A stretch of DNA of 64,000 bases from Ascidiella aspersa. Its lineage: Eukaryota. The notes below the pieces were generated by a model. That model had not been told where the DNA came from and ran no database searches. It worked only from the letters and a program-made list of their open reading frames with translations. Below, one piece after another: positions 50,719 to 62,535 of this stretch. The stretch is from contig OZ004607.1 in assembly GCA_963924565.1 (NCBI GenBank), positions 2,480,001 to 2,544,000 of the forward strand, read 5' to 3'. How positions within the stretch are numbered: the first letter of the stretch is position 1; each line of letters opens with the position of its first letter. The translations under genes and the position numbers were made by a program.

Positions 50719-51928
50719 GTTTAATTGTCACAAATAACTAAACCTGTAAAACTTTTTTCTAATTTAATAAACGTAAAAATTGCGAACAAAACTTTACAGA
50801 AAATGAAAGAGGCAATGCCGATTGTAAATTGTAATAAAAATATATGCACAGTTTAACGGAAATGTGAATTTAACGTTAGCTTCGAACATATGTTGATGTA
50901 CAACTTCCTATGCTGTACTTTTATGCCACTTCAGCAAAAGTGAAAGGAAGGACCAGTTAATTGGAGTGTATTCAATATCTAAAATCGAATTTCTAATAAA
51001 CTAAAATAATGCTGCACTTTTTACCCACTGAACCTCTATTCATTTTACGTTAACCATTATTATCGTTTAAACAGCTGTTTAATCCTGTTCATTTTCTCGT
51101 CGCAATGGTTAAACAAAGCGTTTATTATCAATATACCATTTGTATGCATAATGTATACCAAGCGCTGTCATCACTTTCACTTCTCGGATTTTTAATTTAG
51201 GCAATCTTTTTGCGTAAAGTAATGTACATATTACAAATTGTTCAAAGTTTTTTGTATAAAACGTAACATGTTAAAGGCGCATATGCAAAGGTGATACCAA
51301 GCTAAACACGCATCCGAGGTTTGTGGAAGAAGTTTCGCAAATAAAATAAACAAGAATTGACATTTAAGAAAAAAACATGTAAATGCAAATCTCAATTATT
51401 GAAACCTAACGTTGTTAATAAAGTTTATCAAATGCGTACGTCGGGCATGTTGTAAAATCGGCCGACGCATAATTTTTATGTTTCAGGAAATTCCAAAGTT
51501 GTAAAGTGCTACTTCGGCCATTTAGTTATAACATTCTTTTGTACAACTTTATTTCGACGCGCATAACCTTCTAAGAATACAACAATTAATATATTGTACT
51601 ACATTGTTCCTTAATGGAAAAGCAATATTGAATGGTAGGAGAGTTAAAACATAACACCCACATATTAGAACCAACGCATTCGGTCGACTTTCCGCATTAA
51701 ACGCTGTTGATTTACTTGGTCTCCGCTGCGCAATACTAAGCAATAACAACTCACATCAACTCGCGAAAGAAAAACGCACTTGGGTAGTCTGCAGTGCAAC
51801 ATGTTTATAAAGTAAACTATTTCATTAGTAAGGTCCGTTGCGCCAGATAGCTCTGAGTAAAAGATCTAGCTAAAAATGGTATAGACAAATTTAGCGAATT
51901 ACAATGTGCAGCCAGTTTAATAAGGCTT

Positions 51929-52066
51929 TCCGTGTTAGTCGCATTCCGTGTTATTTACCCTGATGAAGACGACCTGTATAGGACGTCGAAACGTCGGAAT
52001 AAAAATTACATTTGCCAGAAGAGCTCTACAAACCTGATATTATGCCTGGTAGCAATAGCTTATATA
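51929..52066 (+). mobile_element. Penelope-like retroelement / retrozyme fragment
   Basis: 138-bp insert flanked by a 13-bp direct repeat TTTAATAAGGCTT; absent in the paralog at ~36350; contains a hammerhead. Confidence 0.75.
51951..52002 (+). ncRNA. Minimal type I hammerhead ribozyme
   Basis: CTGATGA core (51960), stem II GACG-A-CCT-GTAT-AGG-A-CGTC, then GAAA-C-G-TC with cleavage after 51995; stem I TTATT(TA)CC/GGAATAA. Confidence 0.8.
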
Positions 52067-53737
52067 TTTAATAAGGCTTGTTTGTAAAACAAAAAATGTT
52101 CATTTACAGTCAAGTTGGGTCGGATGTTTATTGTGATTTCGGGCGATTAAACAATTTCATTTCACTCGTTTGGTTAGGTTCTGTATTTGTAAAGTAAAGG
52201 TAAGTAACTATTCAGCAGAGCTGTCAAATAAGTAAAGTCAACTAAGTAAAATTTAATAAGCTCGAGCTATCGTGAGTATGTTGCCCTAATTAGTCCATCG
52301 AATAAAACACAAAAACAGGTAGGCTAAAAGAATGAAAAGTAAATATTTTTGAAATTTTAGAGAAGTCAAGATTTAAATTTTAACCTTAATTGTTAAAGTA
52401 GTATAACCCATAGAAAATTATACAATATAAAATTTATTTTCATAGTATGGCAAATAAATGTAATGCTGCTTATAGGTCTGTTGTATGCTTGATAGCTGTG
52501 CGCAGTACATAGTAACAACAGCATAAGGACTGTATAATTAGTGTGGTATAATGTCAGTAAGAAGTTCATTACAGCAAACTGTGAGCGGCTAAGTTCAGTT
52601 TGTGATCAATTAATATTACTTAGAGACTTAGAGCAGGCCTTCACAAACTTTGCTTAACCAACTATACTTTAAATTTACCTGAATGTATGACGTACAACCT
52701 AAAATTATAAATGAAAAGACCACGGTTTGTAGGCCATAATTCAGGTCTATCTGCGTTAAGAGTAATTTAAATTTAGACGAAATAAATGGTCGGCCCATTA
52801 GCCCATAACTGCTAAACTTTCTAAAGATCGCTGGCTTACGTCATCAGCCCGGCAGTGATAATTGAGTTCACTACAGTTATTTGTGTTTGCGGCGAGTAAA
52901 AATAACGTCGAAACAAAATGATGCTTATGGTGGAACGATGTAATAGTTTGCTACTTATAATAGCATTAAAATAAAACGGATCAATTTGTTGATGTCTAGC
53001 TTAATGGGCGCTGCGCTCTTAAGTTTCAACATTTTTTTCGCTCGTGTCATAAACGTAACAATTGATATTTTCTTTAAATCACTGGTTCAGAAAATCTTAG
53101 AGAATTACGGGCCCGATTTGTCACATAATTGTGGAAAGCTTTGGAACAAAACAGGATAACAACGGTATTACTTTTCCCAAGGAATATTAATATGGTACAC
53201 GCAATACTAACTCGATTAACTTGTAAAACGCAAGTGGGCAGCCAGAATTCGTCTGATTTATTTTAAATATATTTGGTGAACAATTTGACTTATTTCATCG
53301 TACGTAAACACAATACAGTAGTTAAATGGTGAATTTAGCACTGTTTTATGGGTCAAGCACCCCTAACTCGCCGTCAATGATTGAAGGTCTGTAGGATTTC
53401 TTATAATGCATTGTAATTTCGTAAGTCTTAGGAACAACATAAAACTAGTTAATTACAATCCTGATCAGGCTGACTGTTTCAGCAAGGCTCAACGAAGGCA
53501 TTTTGTGTACTATATATGTTGTTGTTACACTTCAACATGGTAATGCAATACTAGTAATGTTACATTTTTCACAGCAAATTATTTCGCTTATGAACACCAT
53601 AGCTTGTCACAGTCGTTATTTAAGCGCCCTTCAGTTTGATTTTATTAGGTTATGTCGGCCATCGTTTTTGGGTTAGTAAATTGATAAACGATAAAAATAG
53701 TTTCGCACACTTCTTATTTTTCAGAAAATTCGTAAAA

Positions 53738-54549
53738 ATGTCAAACCAAGGCAATTTTGTAATTTACAAAGCTGAAAAACGAGGGCGAAGATGGTTTTTT
53801 GAATATCGCATTGTCAGCATGACAGAATGTATATCACAAGAACATCAACCTGTAGGTGAAAAGTCTGATTGCGTAAAACAAAGTAACTTGGATCAAATGA
53901 ATACTAGGAAAGAACAAAACAAGAGTCTTTCAACACAAAATACACAGTTCCGATTCAAAAATCGCCACGCACTAAAACATCACCTGTCTAGAGTTCACTT
54001 CAAGAAACACGAATGCGTGGTTTGTGGAAAACTGTTTGGGAGAAATATCGAACTTGAAAACCACGTGCGAATTCATACTGGAGAAATGCCCTTGAAATGT
54101 ACTTATTGCAATAAATGTTTCAATATAGCTCAAAACGTGAAAGTACACCAACGAATTCACACTGGAGAAAGGCCTTTTAAAAGTGCTAAAAAACATTTTG
54201 CGATAAATGTTTCAACCGAGCTTACATCTTCAAAAGACACGAACGAATTCACACTGGGGAGAGACCATATGAGTGCAAAATTTGTGCAAACTGTTTTAAC
54301 CAAGCAGGACATTTTAATAATCATGAAAGAATTCACACTGGCGAGAAACATTACAAATGCAAAGAATGTGGAAAGTGTTTTAACCTAGCAGGAAATCTTA
54401 AAACACATGAAAGAATTCACACCGGAGAAAAACCTTACAAATGTACAGAATGTGGAAAGTGTTTTGGCAAGGCAGGACATCTTAGTAGACACAAAAAAAT
54501 TCACTCTAAAGAAACCATAGTAGAACAAAACTTGTCAAAAAAGCTCTGA
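53738..54549 (+). pseudogene. ZNF pseudogene (close to ZNF-H)
   Basis: CxxC of finger 1 deleted; frameshifting insertion near 54190; downstream fingers continue in another frame. Confidence 0.88.
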
Positions 54550-55367
54550 AAAGTATTTCTGAAACCTTTCCAACCCATTGAACACTGAGATAACAAAAAA
54601 GAACAAAACAACTATTAATTGTAAATAATTTGGAAAACGCTTTGTAACTTAAACAGACACAATTGTTAATAAAGGAAATATAAATATTTGCGTTAAACAC
54701 TTACTTAAAGTGCAGTTGTCAATACTTTTAATGAATGACTTCATAAAATTTTCAAGGTGACAAAAGTAAAAAGTAATTAATCAAGCAAGCATTATTTTAC
54801 CAGCTAGTTTTACTACAAACATTTCATTACAAGCCAGCCCACATTTGTGTACAAATAAATTGGTAACAAAGATGTATTTAATCACTGAACTTGATAAAGT
54901 ATTAGAATTCTTTTCAAACACTTTCTGATATTATCATTTTTTAGATTTTATTATAAAACACCAGTTCGCAAGACTTCACTTATGGACTCAAGGCAACGGT
55001 GTTCTAATGTAAAAATGTTTTATCAGTGATTAGTGTTCCAATTAATTGTACCAGGCCAATCAAAACAGATTTAGCTTTTAATACTATAAAAGATGTTTCT
55101 CTAATTAACACTGTTACTCTAAAAATTCCAGATTCATTCAATCAGACAAGCGTTAATACCAGCTAAAGTGGACATAAACAAGTCCAAATATTTCATCCCA
55201 GGCTAAACATTTGTTAAATAAACCTTTAAAGGAAAATGTATTTCATTTCTAAACTTGATAATAGTAGCATCTATCTACTTGTACTTTAACTTTTATAATA
55301 CAACACTAAATTCTCTTCTACGCAATTACAATCGTTGTCGAACGACTGATTTAATTTCACCTTTTTC

Positions 55368-55781
55368 CAGTGTTGTAAACAAGTCATTTTAAAACGACTT
55401 AAGTCCCAGTCAAGTCATTCTTAAAATAACTTAAGTACAAGTCAAGTCTTTTTGAATAAATGACAAGTCAAGTCCCAGTCAAGTCATAATTAGAGCCCCT
55501 GTCAAAAAAATAAAACTTTAAATTATGAAAACCGGCAAACTCCTCCGATTATTATGAGTAACTCAAGTCAAAAATAACATAAAAGCAGCATATAACAAGC
55601 AAATTCTTTTATGTGTAAAGATTGGCCTAAATAACGTAATTTTATAAATAATTGCTTAATTAAAACGATTTATTTTAACCCAAGTCATTTGCCCAAAAGA
55701 CTTAAGTCAAGTCAAGTCATTTAAAAACAGTGACTTAAGTGCTCTTAATTTAAGTCATTGACTTAAGTCATTGCAACACTG
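55368..55781. mobile_element. hAT MITE with CAAGTCA/GACTTAAGTC subterminal repeats
   Basis: CAGTGTTG/CAACACTG TIRs; TSD CCTTTTTC/CCTTTTAC. Confidence 0.85.
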
Positions 55782-55878
55782 CCTTTTACGGTAACACGGT
55801 GTTCTAATGTTTACAATGTTTGATAGTAAGACATTACCAAACGAACAAGTGAATCACGCTGTTGCAGCTGCGATAAAT

Positions 55879-56047
55879 AACACTTTGCTAGCAGCAGCGT
55901 TGCGTGGATTGAACCCGTCGTTATCCTGGCTTACTGTGCAGTGTTCGCCGCTTTGTTAATCCCCGCGCCAGAACAATTAGCTCTCGTTTCCCTGATCAGG
56001 AAGCATCTTGTCGTTCGACCCGATAAAACCAATCAAGCAAATGTGTT
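55879..56047 (-). ncRNA. Candidate structured RNA, copy D
   Basis: B box GGTTCAATCC; the stem substitution gives a G-U pair on the minus strand. Confidence 0.45.
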
Positions 56048-57338
56048 TAACGTCATATTAGTGGATGGACTGAGTGGAGTTTACTGTACAGCGCTTTACT
56101 ACCGACTAGTAACTGTTTACATCCATTAGAAATAGGAATAAAAGAAATGCTATAAGCCTGAAATGACTATAGTTGCTGTAAATATATGATAAGAAAAAAT
56201 TCTACAATTGTTAGTTTTATGTTTTTAGTACAAGTACTTATAACACTGGGAGCCGATAAAAGTACAACGTTTTGTATAAGTTCGCCGATGCTTTATTTAG
56301 ATGGAAGTCAGGTTTTCATTACGCCTATCTATTTCTAATTGATTCCAGCCAATAAAAATTGATTATATATTTTCTTATATTGAGCGCTTCAAATCGGTAG
56401 CTTAAAATTGTTTAAAGCCCTAAAAACAATGAATGGAAGCTACGGTTGTTTAAAGTAGATTCTCACATCGTAAAATCAAGAGCTGTTTTAATCCGAACAG
56501 ACTTTAGTATAAAATAATTGGAAGAGATATTATTTCCTGCAAAACTCAATTCAATGGAGTAGGTGGTTGGTTCGTAATTCTATATGCCAAAATAACAAGT
56601 TTGGATAAATGCATGTCGCTGGAAACATTTGAATGCTTGTCAAAAAAGTATTACTTCCCGTAGAACGTCGTTGTGGCTAGCGAGCGATTGTGAAAATTTC
56701 TGCCTTCGTCTAAATATTACAAACTGTCAAACAAATGTGATGGGCGAGCGACGAACTTGTAATTTCAATTCCGCTTCTTTAAAATGCGTTTATATTGCAA
56801 AAATAACACTCGATTGTAAATTGTGGACAAGGTACGTTGTATAAGTTTACTAAAGATTGGGCGATAACCTTGTCGGCAAACTGTGGGCCGCAGAACCACC
56901 ATCTTTGGTGGGCCGCGAGTTACTTTGAATAGATTAGTGTCATACTGTATTTGTTGGCCGCGTGATAGCCGTACATTCATTACACTTGTTTAAAAATTGG
57001 TGTGACATAGAATTTTTAACTATTTCATGGTAGTTTTACATAGTGGGCCATTCTATAGAACTAAAAAGAGTACTTTGGTCAGCGACAAAAATAGCTTCAC
57101 GGCCCCTGTTGTGTAGTTACAAGTGGAATATATGTTGCTGTTGTAAAGTAGTAATGTTACATTTTTCACATCAAATTATATCGCTTATAGACATCATAGC
57201 TTGTCACAGTCGTTATTTAATCGCCCTTCAGTTTGATTTTATGAGGTTATGTCGGCCATCTTTGTTAGCCTAGTAAATTAATATTCACAAAATAAGAAGG
57301 ATTTAGCGCACGTCGTTTTTTTCAGAAAATTAGTAGAA

Positions 57339-58016
57339 ATGTCAAACAACGAAGACTATTTTGTAATAAAAGAGCTGAAAAAAGAGAGCGAAGATGGATT
57401 TTCTAAATATCGCAGCATGACAGAATGTTCATCACAAGAACATCAACCTGTAAGTGAAAAGCCCGATTGCGTAGAACAAAGCAAGAATATTTCAACGCAG
57501 AGTACAGAGTTCCGATGTCACATTTGTGAAAAGTTGTTCAAAAATCGTCACGCACTAAAATATCACCTGTCTAGAGTTCACTTCAAGAAACACGAATGCA
57601 AGGTTTGTGGGATACTGTTTGGAGAACTTACCACACTTAAAAACCACGTGAGAATTCACACCGGAGAAAGACCCTTTATATGCAAAGTTTGTGGAAAGTG
57701 TTTTGCCCAGGCAGGACATCTTAAAGATCATGAAAGAGTTCACACTGGAGAAAAACCTTACGAATGTAAAGAATGTGGAAAGTGTTTTAGCCTAAGAACA
57801 AGTCTTAAAGGTCACAAAAACACTCATACTGGTGAAAAACCTTACCAATGCCAAGAATGTGAAAGGTGTTTTACTCAGGCAGGGTCACTTAAATATCATG
57901 AAAGGATACACACTGGAGAAAAACCTTACAAATGCAAAGAATGTGGAAAGTGTTTTAACAGGAAATCAAATCTTAATCAACACAAAAGAACTCACTCTAA
58001 AAAAGAAACCTTTTAA
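57339..58016 (+). CDS. C2H2 zinc-finger protein, 6 fingers (ZNF-H)
   Basis: Acceptor TTTTCAG at ~57325; open ORF. Confidence 0.93.
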   Translation: MSNNEDYFVIKELKKESEDGFSKYRSMTECSSQEHQPVSEKPDCVEQSKNISTQSTEFRCHICEKLFKNRHALKYHLSRVHFKKHECKVCGILFGELTTLKNHVRIHTGERPFICKVCGKCFAQAGHLKDHERVHTGEKPYECKECGKCFSLRTSLKGHKNTHTGEKPYQCQECERCFTQAGSLKYHERIHTGEKPYKCKECGKCFNRKSNLNQHKRTHSKKETF

Positions 58017-59449
58017 AACAAATCTTGTGATTAGTTTGAAATCTTACAAATATTTATACCTGTAACAGTTTTTTTCTAATATAATAAACGTAGAAATTGC
58101 GAACAAGCGTTGACAGAAAACTAAACACAATAATATTTTTAATATATGAAAATACATCTGAACATTATGAAAATGTGAATATGTGAAAGCCTCAAACATA
58201 TATTGATGCATAACTTCTTGTGATGTACTTTATGCCACTTCAGCAAAATTAAAAGGGAAGAAACAGTTCATAAGGATTAAATTTCTAACATCGATAAATT
58301 AGGAATTCAGAATTTTCCGAATATCTGATGTAGTTTCGTTAAAAGAGTGGCTTTAAGTTGTTGAAGCATCTCTACACCATTTCTGTAACGCTTTCATTAC
58401 TTTTCTTTTTCTGATTTTAATATCTTAGCAATCTTGTTGCGTAAAGAAATAAACTTGGCGTACGTCGGGTATTTAATGTTAACTTGGTCAATAAATATTA
58501 ATTTACGTTAAACAAATTTCTTACAAACCCAAAATTGTAAAATGTTACTTCCGACTTTTTTTTATAACATTGTAGATGGGAATTCATCTCTTTGTTTTAT
58601 CTTTCTCTTTTGTGGTGCGGGTGCGACTACTGATAACAACTTTCACACAACACGATTTCACTTTTCTCTTTCTTATTCATGTTAATTTTGTTTAATTCAA
58701 TTTTCGTTAATAAACTAAACAAAGTGATTAAACTTTGATTGGCTGGTTTGTGTTGTTTACGTTGAGTTTTTTCGTTTTATTTTTTTGATATATATTTTTG
58801 TGGCTTAAAGTTTATCTAAATTTTTAATTTTAGAAAATTTGATATTATTAAGTTTAATTTAAAAATAATCAAATATTTTGTTTTATAGTTCTTAGATAAT
58901 TTTGAGTGAAAAGTGAGTAACTTTGTGACGTCATGTTTTCGCGTAACTTGCATTCCACAATTCATGAGTTTAAGCATCCGCATTAAATTAATTGAAGTAT
59001 ATATTTATGCAACCACCCAAGGGCTCTGAAGTCACAGCAGAATGTTGAAACATGAAACAAATGATGAATATTATGGTTATTTTACAGTGGGTTATTAAGG
59101 CCATTATAACAGCCAAACATCGTAGTGTTTTCGTTCTTCAAAGCAGCAACACTAAAATGTAAAACAAAAACATTACCGTCTTTTTATATAAAAAAAAACA
59201 ACATTACCTGTCGCGTAACAGAACTTTATCAATCTTTGAAAAACTATCTTAAAGAGCCGCATGTGACGTGCGAGCCACAGTTTGTCAACCTATAATACCT
59301 TGCGTTGTTTCAGTAAACTTAAGTTTGCTCAGCAAGATAGCACGGTGTTCTAATGTGGAATTGTTTTAATACTGTATAAAACTAGTAAAGCGGTTATATG
59401 TTAAGACATCACTGAACGCGCAATAATCTCATTTGCTGCTGCGATAAGT

Positions 59450-59618
59450 AACACTCTGCTAGCAGCAGCGTTGCGTGCATCGAACCCGTCGTTATCCTGG
59501 CTTACTGTGCAGTGTTCGCCGCTTTGTTAATCCCCGCGCCAGGACAATTAGCTCTCGTTTCCCTGAGCAGGAAGCATCTTGTCGTTCGACCCGATAAAAC
59601 CAAGCCAGCAAATGTGTT
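59450..59618 (-). ncRNA. Candidate structured RNA, copy E
   Basis: B box GGTTCGATGC; best terminal stem TGCTGGC/GCTAGCA. Confidence 0.48.
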
Positions 59619-60235
59619 TAACGTCATGTTAGTGTTTGGAGTGAGTGGAGTTTGCTGAACAAGGCTGTACTGACTAGGCTAGTTTGCTGTAAATATTGAA
59701 AATGTGTAGAAGGCAAGTATATATGTGCTAATTTTTTATGTTTCCACTAAAACATTTATAAGACAGCTAAGTAAGTCCTTAGGATTTTAAAAGTTATGCA
59801 TCTTTATTGTAAATTTTGAAATGCAAGACACAAGGACTTATTGCTGTTAATTACTGTCAGAAAATAAGAGCGCGTGGCCTCGACCTCGTCAAGTTAGTTA
59901 GTTTTTTTTTAAATGCATATTAAAAGATATAACATACACGTAAGAGGCGCAAACAAACGGTGTCAATTCGCACAAGAATATAGGCTTACAGTAACTTATT
60001 TATATACGAGGTCTACTGCTCGCTTTGATGACAAATTTGTCGTTGTTTCCTACTTTGATTGCAGAACAATTACAGTATATTTTTAGGCCACAATTTGGCG
60101 CAATTATAATTATAACAATTTTGGCGCAATATTTGGCCCAAATAGGCGCATGTAGTCAGTCATATCCACAGACGTGTTTATGCTTCTGTTAATTTTCGGT
60201 AAGTTGTTTGCACTAACAGAATGCAGCAGGCATTG

Positions 60236-60295
60236 ATCTGTGTTGGTCAGTTGGTAAAGCGACGGTTTCGGTATGACCGAGGTCGTGAGTTGGAA
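60236..60295 (+). mobile_element. tRNA-derived SINE head, 3'-truncated
   Basis: TTGGTCAGTTGGTAAAGCGACGGT...ACCGAGGTCGTGAGTT; paralogous position to 20642 and 31163. Confidence 0.55.
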
Positions 60296-61268
60296 AGTTA
60301 TATCCGAGTAGTTTTACGAACAGTTTACAAACGAGAGAAAACAATAAAAGTCCTTTTGTGTATAACACGGTGATAAATGTCAATCGGGATTATTACAGCA
60401 TTTCAAAGGTATAGACTTATCATTGTTTTAGAACTATTAGAAGTTGCTAGGAATGCTTGTTATTGCTTTGTAATCTTGTGAGTCTTAAAAAAGGCAGATT
60501 TGGCCCTTAAAAGTGCAATAGCGGATGTTAAAAAAACTAGCTGTTCTATTCGAAACTCCCTTTTATGTATGCTATTTTAGACTGCTGTAAATTCTCTCCA
60601 AACTTGTTTCTATTGTGGCTTAAATAACGCAATAAAACAGTTGGTTCTGTTTATTTAGCTTTTGATTTTTACACATCTTCATATTCTTTTATGCCAAAAT
60701 TACTTTATTATGCCTTAGGGTGGCTTAGTAATTCTCTATACACGTACGATGTTAATTTGAATATTTATTTAAACATTTGGCAGGCCTTTTTTTAGAATAG
60801 CGTAAAGCAAGTCTTTTTGGGGGAGTTCTCGTAACCTGTATTGCCAGGTGCTGGAATTTTGTAATTTCCATGTGCCTTATTAAAATGGGTTTTTATTGCA
60901 AAAGTCACGTACATTTATTATTAACAAAGATCGAAGACTGTTGATAAAATAGGCTGCATACATGGGCCAATAGCATTGTAGTTACACTTTGCTAGATAAA
61001 AATCCCGAGTACTAATGTAGTAGAACGAATTCTTCTCAGCAAATTGTTTCAGTAATGGAGAACGTGGTTTGTCACAGTCGTTATTTAAACGCACCTTAAT
61101 TTGTTGTTATGAGGTTAGATCGTCCATCTATGTTGTGCTAAAATTTATATCTTTAGGAATAAAGTATAAATCTTTAACCACCAACTTTCCTGGTGTTCCT
61201 GTTGAAACGAAGAACATCAACCTGTAAGTAAAGATTCCGATTGTGAAGAACGAAGTGATTTGGATCAA

Positions 61269-62288
61269 ATGAATACAAGGAAAGAACAAAGCAAGAATAT
61301 GTCAACACAGAATACAGAGTTTCGATGTCACGTTTGCGAAAAGTGTTTTAAATATCGTTACAAACTAAAACAGCATTTGACTGGATTTCACTTCAAGAAA
61401 CATAAATGCAAGGTTTGCGGGAAAATGTTTGGAACAACTTTCAAACTTGAAAACCACATGCGAATTCACACTGGGGAAAAACCATATGAGTGCAAAGAAT
61501 GTGGAAAGTGGTTTACTCAGGCAGGACATCTTAAACAACATGAAATAATTCACACTGGAGAAAAACGTTTTAAATGTAAAGAATGTGGAAAATGTTTTGG
61601 CCGTGCAGGGAGTCTTAAAGAGCATCAAAGAGTTCACACTGGAGAAAAACCTTACAAATGCAAAGAATGTGAAAAATGTTTTAGCCAGGCAGGACATCTT
61701 AAAGAGCATGAAATAATTCACACTGGAGAAAAACGTTTCAAATGTAAAGAATGTGGAAAATGTTTTAGTAATCCTAGAAGTCTTAAAGTTCATGAAAGGG
61801 TTCACACTGGAGAAAAACCTTACAAATGCAAAGAATGTGGAAAATGTTTTAGTGAGGCAGGAAGTCTTAAAGTTCATAAAAAAGTTCACACTGGAGAAAA
61901 ACCTTACAAATGCAAAGCATGTGGAAAATGTTTTGGCCATGCAGGGAGTCTTAAAGAGCATCAAAGAGTTCACACTGGAGAAAAACCTTACAAATGCAAA
62001 GAATGTGGAAAATATTTTGGCCGTGCAGGGAGTCTTAAAGAGCATCAAAGAGTTCACACTGGGGAAAGACCGTATGATTGCAAATATTGTGGAAAATGTT
62101 TCACCCAAGCAGGAAATCTTAAAAATCATGAAAGAATTCACACTGGAGAAAAACCTTATAAATGCAAAGATTGTGGAAAGTGTTTTAGTGAGGCAGGAAG
62201 TCTTTATAGACACAAAAAACACACTCTAAAGAAGATGAACCAGATGGCATTGTGTAATCCAAATTGTATTGGATTCTCGATAAGTTAA
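61269..62288 (+). CDS. C2H2 zinc-finger protein, 11 fingers (last one distorted), leader lost (ZNF-I)
   Basis: Ancestral ATG absent near 61170; first ATG is at 61269. A 1-nt deletion in the last finger gives HKKH and a novel tail. Confidence 0.82.
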   Translation: MNTRKEQSKNMSTQNTEFRCHVCEKCFKYRYKLKQHLTGFHFKKHKCKVCGKMFGTTFKLENHMRIHTGEKPYECKECGKWFTQAGHLKQHEIIHTGEKRFKCKECGKCFGRAGSLKEHQRVHTGEKPYKCKECEKCFSQAGHLKEHEIIHTGEKRFKCKECGKCFSNPRSLKVHERVHTGEKPYKCKECGKCFSEAGSLKVHKKVHTGEKPYKCKACGKCFGHAGSLKEHQRVHTGEKPYKCKECGKYFGRAGSLKEHQRVHTGERPYDCKYCGKCFTQAGNLKNHERIHTGEKPYKCKDCGKCFSEAGSLYRHKKHTLKKMNQMALCNPNCIGFSIS

Positions 62289-62535
62289 AAGAAATGCGTT
62301 TGTTGAATAAACACTCCTCTGAGGTTTTTGGGAAGAGTTGCGCATTTGAAACTTCACAGGGATTGACATTTACATATAAGTGCAAAATATGTGGAATTGT
62401 GGGACTTATTTACGCCTTTTAGTATAAATTAAAATCTAAATTTAAAATGACTGTAAATACAAAAAAAAATGCAATAATATTTTATAATACACAAAAAAGG
62501 AAAACATTTGATTGCGTGTTGTAAAAACTCACAGT

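Noticed and set aside
52812-52852. Possible minus-strand hammerhead (CTGATGA...GAAA); also TTGATGA at ~47840
   Set aside because: No convincing stem II or stem I pairing.
53636-54388. 250-aa ORF as an intact gene
   Set aside because: Begins in intron sequence at a non-ATG codon, lacks the finger-1 cysteines and shifts frame mid-array; called a pseudogene.
61365-62222. 285-aa minus-strand ORF and similar antisense ORFs over the ZNF genes (5151, 34850, 50236)
   Set aside because: Shadow frames of the 84-bp zinc-finger repeat (recurring FSSVNSF); no independent coding signal.
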